From positions 57,018,788-57,082,787 of the forward strand of contig CM120640.1 in the NCBI GenBank assembly GCA_051362555.1: a stretch of DNA of 64,000 nucleotides. Direction: 5' to 3'. Positions 62,161 to 64,000 of the stretch are shown piece by piece (positions within the stretch are counted from its first letter, which is position 1; each line of letters opens with the position of its first letter). Below the pieces are notes generated by a model, which was not told the origin of the DNA, searched no databases, and worked only from the letters and a program-made list of their open reading frames with translations. The translations under genes were made by a program, and so were the position numbers. This stretch comes from Lingula anatina. Lineage: Eukaryota > Animalia > Brachiopoda.

Positions 62161-64000
62161 TATATATTCAAGGGACTATTAATTGTATTTTTGTCTTGTT
62201 TTTTTTATAAGGTAGCAACATTGCATTGTATTTGAAATAAAGTTACCAAATTCTAAAGTCTGTACAGTTGTATGTGGAAAGAAACCAGTTGTGTAAGTCA
62301 CTGCATTGTAGGTTTTTATTTGTGATAGTTGCAAGGAAAGCCAATTCACATCTTTGCAAGCATTGATAAGAAGAATCCTTTTCTCAATAAAGGTATCCTG
62401 TACACTTAAGAAAATATCCCCCCAAATAATTTTTCCTGCAAAAATTCTAATTTTTCCCATTTTAGACCTTTCAGAAGATAATACTTTACAAATAAAAGTT
62501 TATCTGATATGTACTTGATGTCATTATTTCCTTTTGAGCCTTAGAACTTTGCAAGGGTAAGTGTTGGCATCCTGCAATTTCACAGAAGTAAAATTTTCTA
62601 TATATACGTGATAGAAGGCTATGAAAACAGAGAGCATTATCCTGTTATGAAGTGACATGAAGGTCATTTCTGATTCTGCACAGTACATGTCTTGTAATAT
62701 GTTTCAAACAAAGGTAGTGGTCTAAATGTAAGAATTATTGGAACTAAATCGCTCAAAAACATCTAATACAAGTGCTGCTACAGGTCAAAATATTCCTGAT
62801 GAAAAAATTGAATTTGATTTGGTGCAAAAATCCCAGATAGGATACCTTTAAAATTGAAGAAATTGTTTTAAATAGGTAGTTATTGTTTTAAGTTAATCAA
62901 GAGAATATGCTATGTGCTTTTGGACAGTGGTCAAATATTGACTGTGATCTTTGGTAAGTAGAGAAGCAGTCCAGTTTGGAAATGATGTAGTGCCTTAGGA
63001 ACATGTAGGAAGCTTTATCTATTTCACATTTAATGTGAGGAGGAAAGATGACATTGAAATTAATGATAGCCATATAATTATAATAGTTGTATAGCATGTC
63101 TTAAACTTTTTAGTGTGTATAATTTGGAATTATACAGAAATGTTATAAACTTGCCTTGTATATACATGTACAGAAAGCAATGGCAATATTTTTGCTTCTG
63201 TAAAAATATTCTTTTATAAGAATTGTACCTGACAAATTTCAAATGGGGTTGGTTGTGAAAGTTAAAGATTAGAATGTTGTATAAATGAGTGGACTTTATT
63301 TAAACTAAAAGCAAGTTTTTTTGTCTTTTTTAGGAAAAAACCTAAATGCTGAAAATAATTTGTGATAGGAATATGAAAGTGAATGATTGTACATAAACAT
63401 TGCTTGTTAAAAGTACTCTGGCAAGTGTCATCAAGATAATTTTTCAAGCAATTTCTGGGTATAATGAAGAGAGGGATCAGTTTATACATATTCACAATAA
63501 CATTTGACTATTAAATTTCATATTTTGACACGTGTCTTCATGTTATGGATATATGTTTATTTAGTTATGTTGTTTAGGAAAAGAAACATGATCATAAAAT
63601 TTCCTTAACCAATTACTCCAAGTAGTGCATTGCTGTGACCTTTATTTGTCAAGTTATATCATTTTTTGTAGTGCTTTAATTTCCACCCAACTGAATTTTC
63701 CATTGCTGATTTATTAACAAAAAATAAAATGCACTGTAAATATCATAACTGTCTTCACGTTTTTTTCATCAGACAGTCCTTGGCATTTGTGCACACTAAA
63801 GAGGTTCAAAATTCCACAGTAAATACATTGTAAACAATACACAAAATGGCGGTTTTTGTAATTATTCTGAAATTTGTGCTTGCCTTTGGGACACATGGAC
63901 CTTCATAGATAGCTACCCTCCGTTATCTCTGAAGAGATTATTACAAAAAACTTAGCAAACAATTGACAAACTTTGAATGTCTGAACTGATTCATTAAACA

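Noticed and set aside
1-64000. tRNA, rRNA or other structured ncRNA genes
   Set aside because: None recognised by eye; a tRNAscan-SE/Infernal run would be needed to exclude intronic snoRNAs or miRNAs.

Overview
AT-rich, intron-containing animal (most likely marine invertebrate) genomic DNA, not prokaryotic. I reconstructed seven protein-coding genes by hand from GT-AG splice sites and reading-frame continuity. Four are recognisable: a 16-exon cytosolic acetyl-CoA synthetase (ACSS2-type, 20980-33292 +), a two-exon Mos kinase (35074-36346 +), a 6-exon ERICH1-like gene (39857-43116 +) and a 12-exon TIF1/TRIM24-33/bonus-type RING-B-box-coiled-coil-PHD-bromodomain gene (48088-62072 +). Three are less expected: a secreted six-cysteine prepropeptide with eclosion-hormone/synenkephalin-like Cys spacing (3296-3649 -), a secreted BRICHOS-domain precursor that the ORF track shows only in fragments (12944-15404 -), and a KCNE/MinK-like single-pass membrane protein nested antisense in the last TIF1 intron (59009-59557 -). 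The window also carries several non-autonomous DNA transposons (deleted Tc1, PIF/Harbinger derivatives, hAT-like MITEs with 5-bp TSDs, an IS3EU-like MITE, and a Helitron/Helentron-like element holding a 146-bp tandem array). Candidate 3-nt and 15-nt microexons and over-represented TA-flanked palindromes were also seen. All family assignments come from recalled motifs, not database searches.
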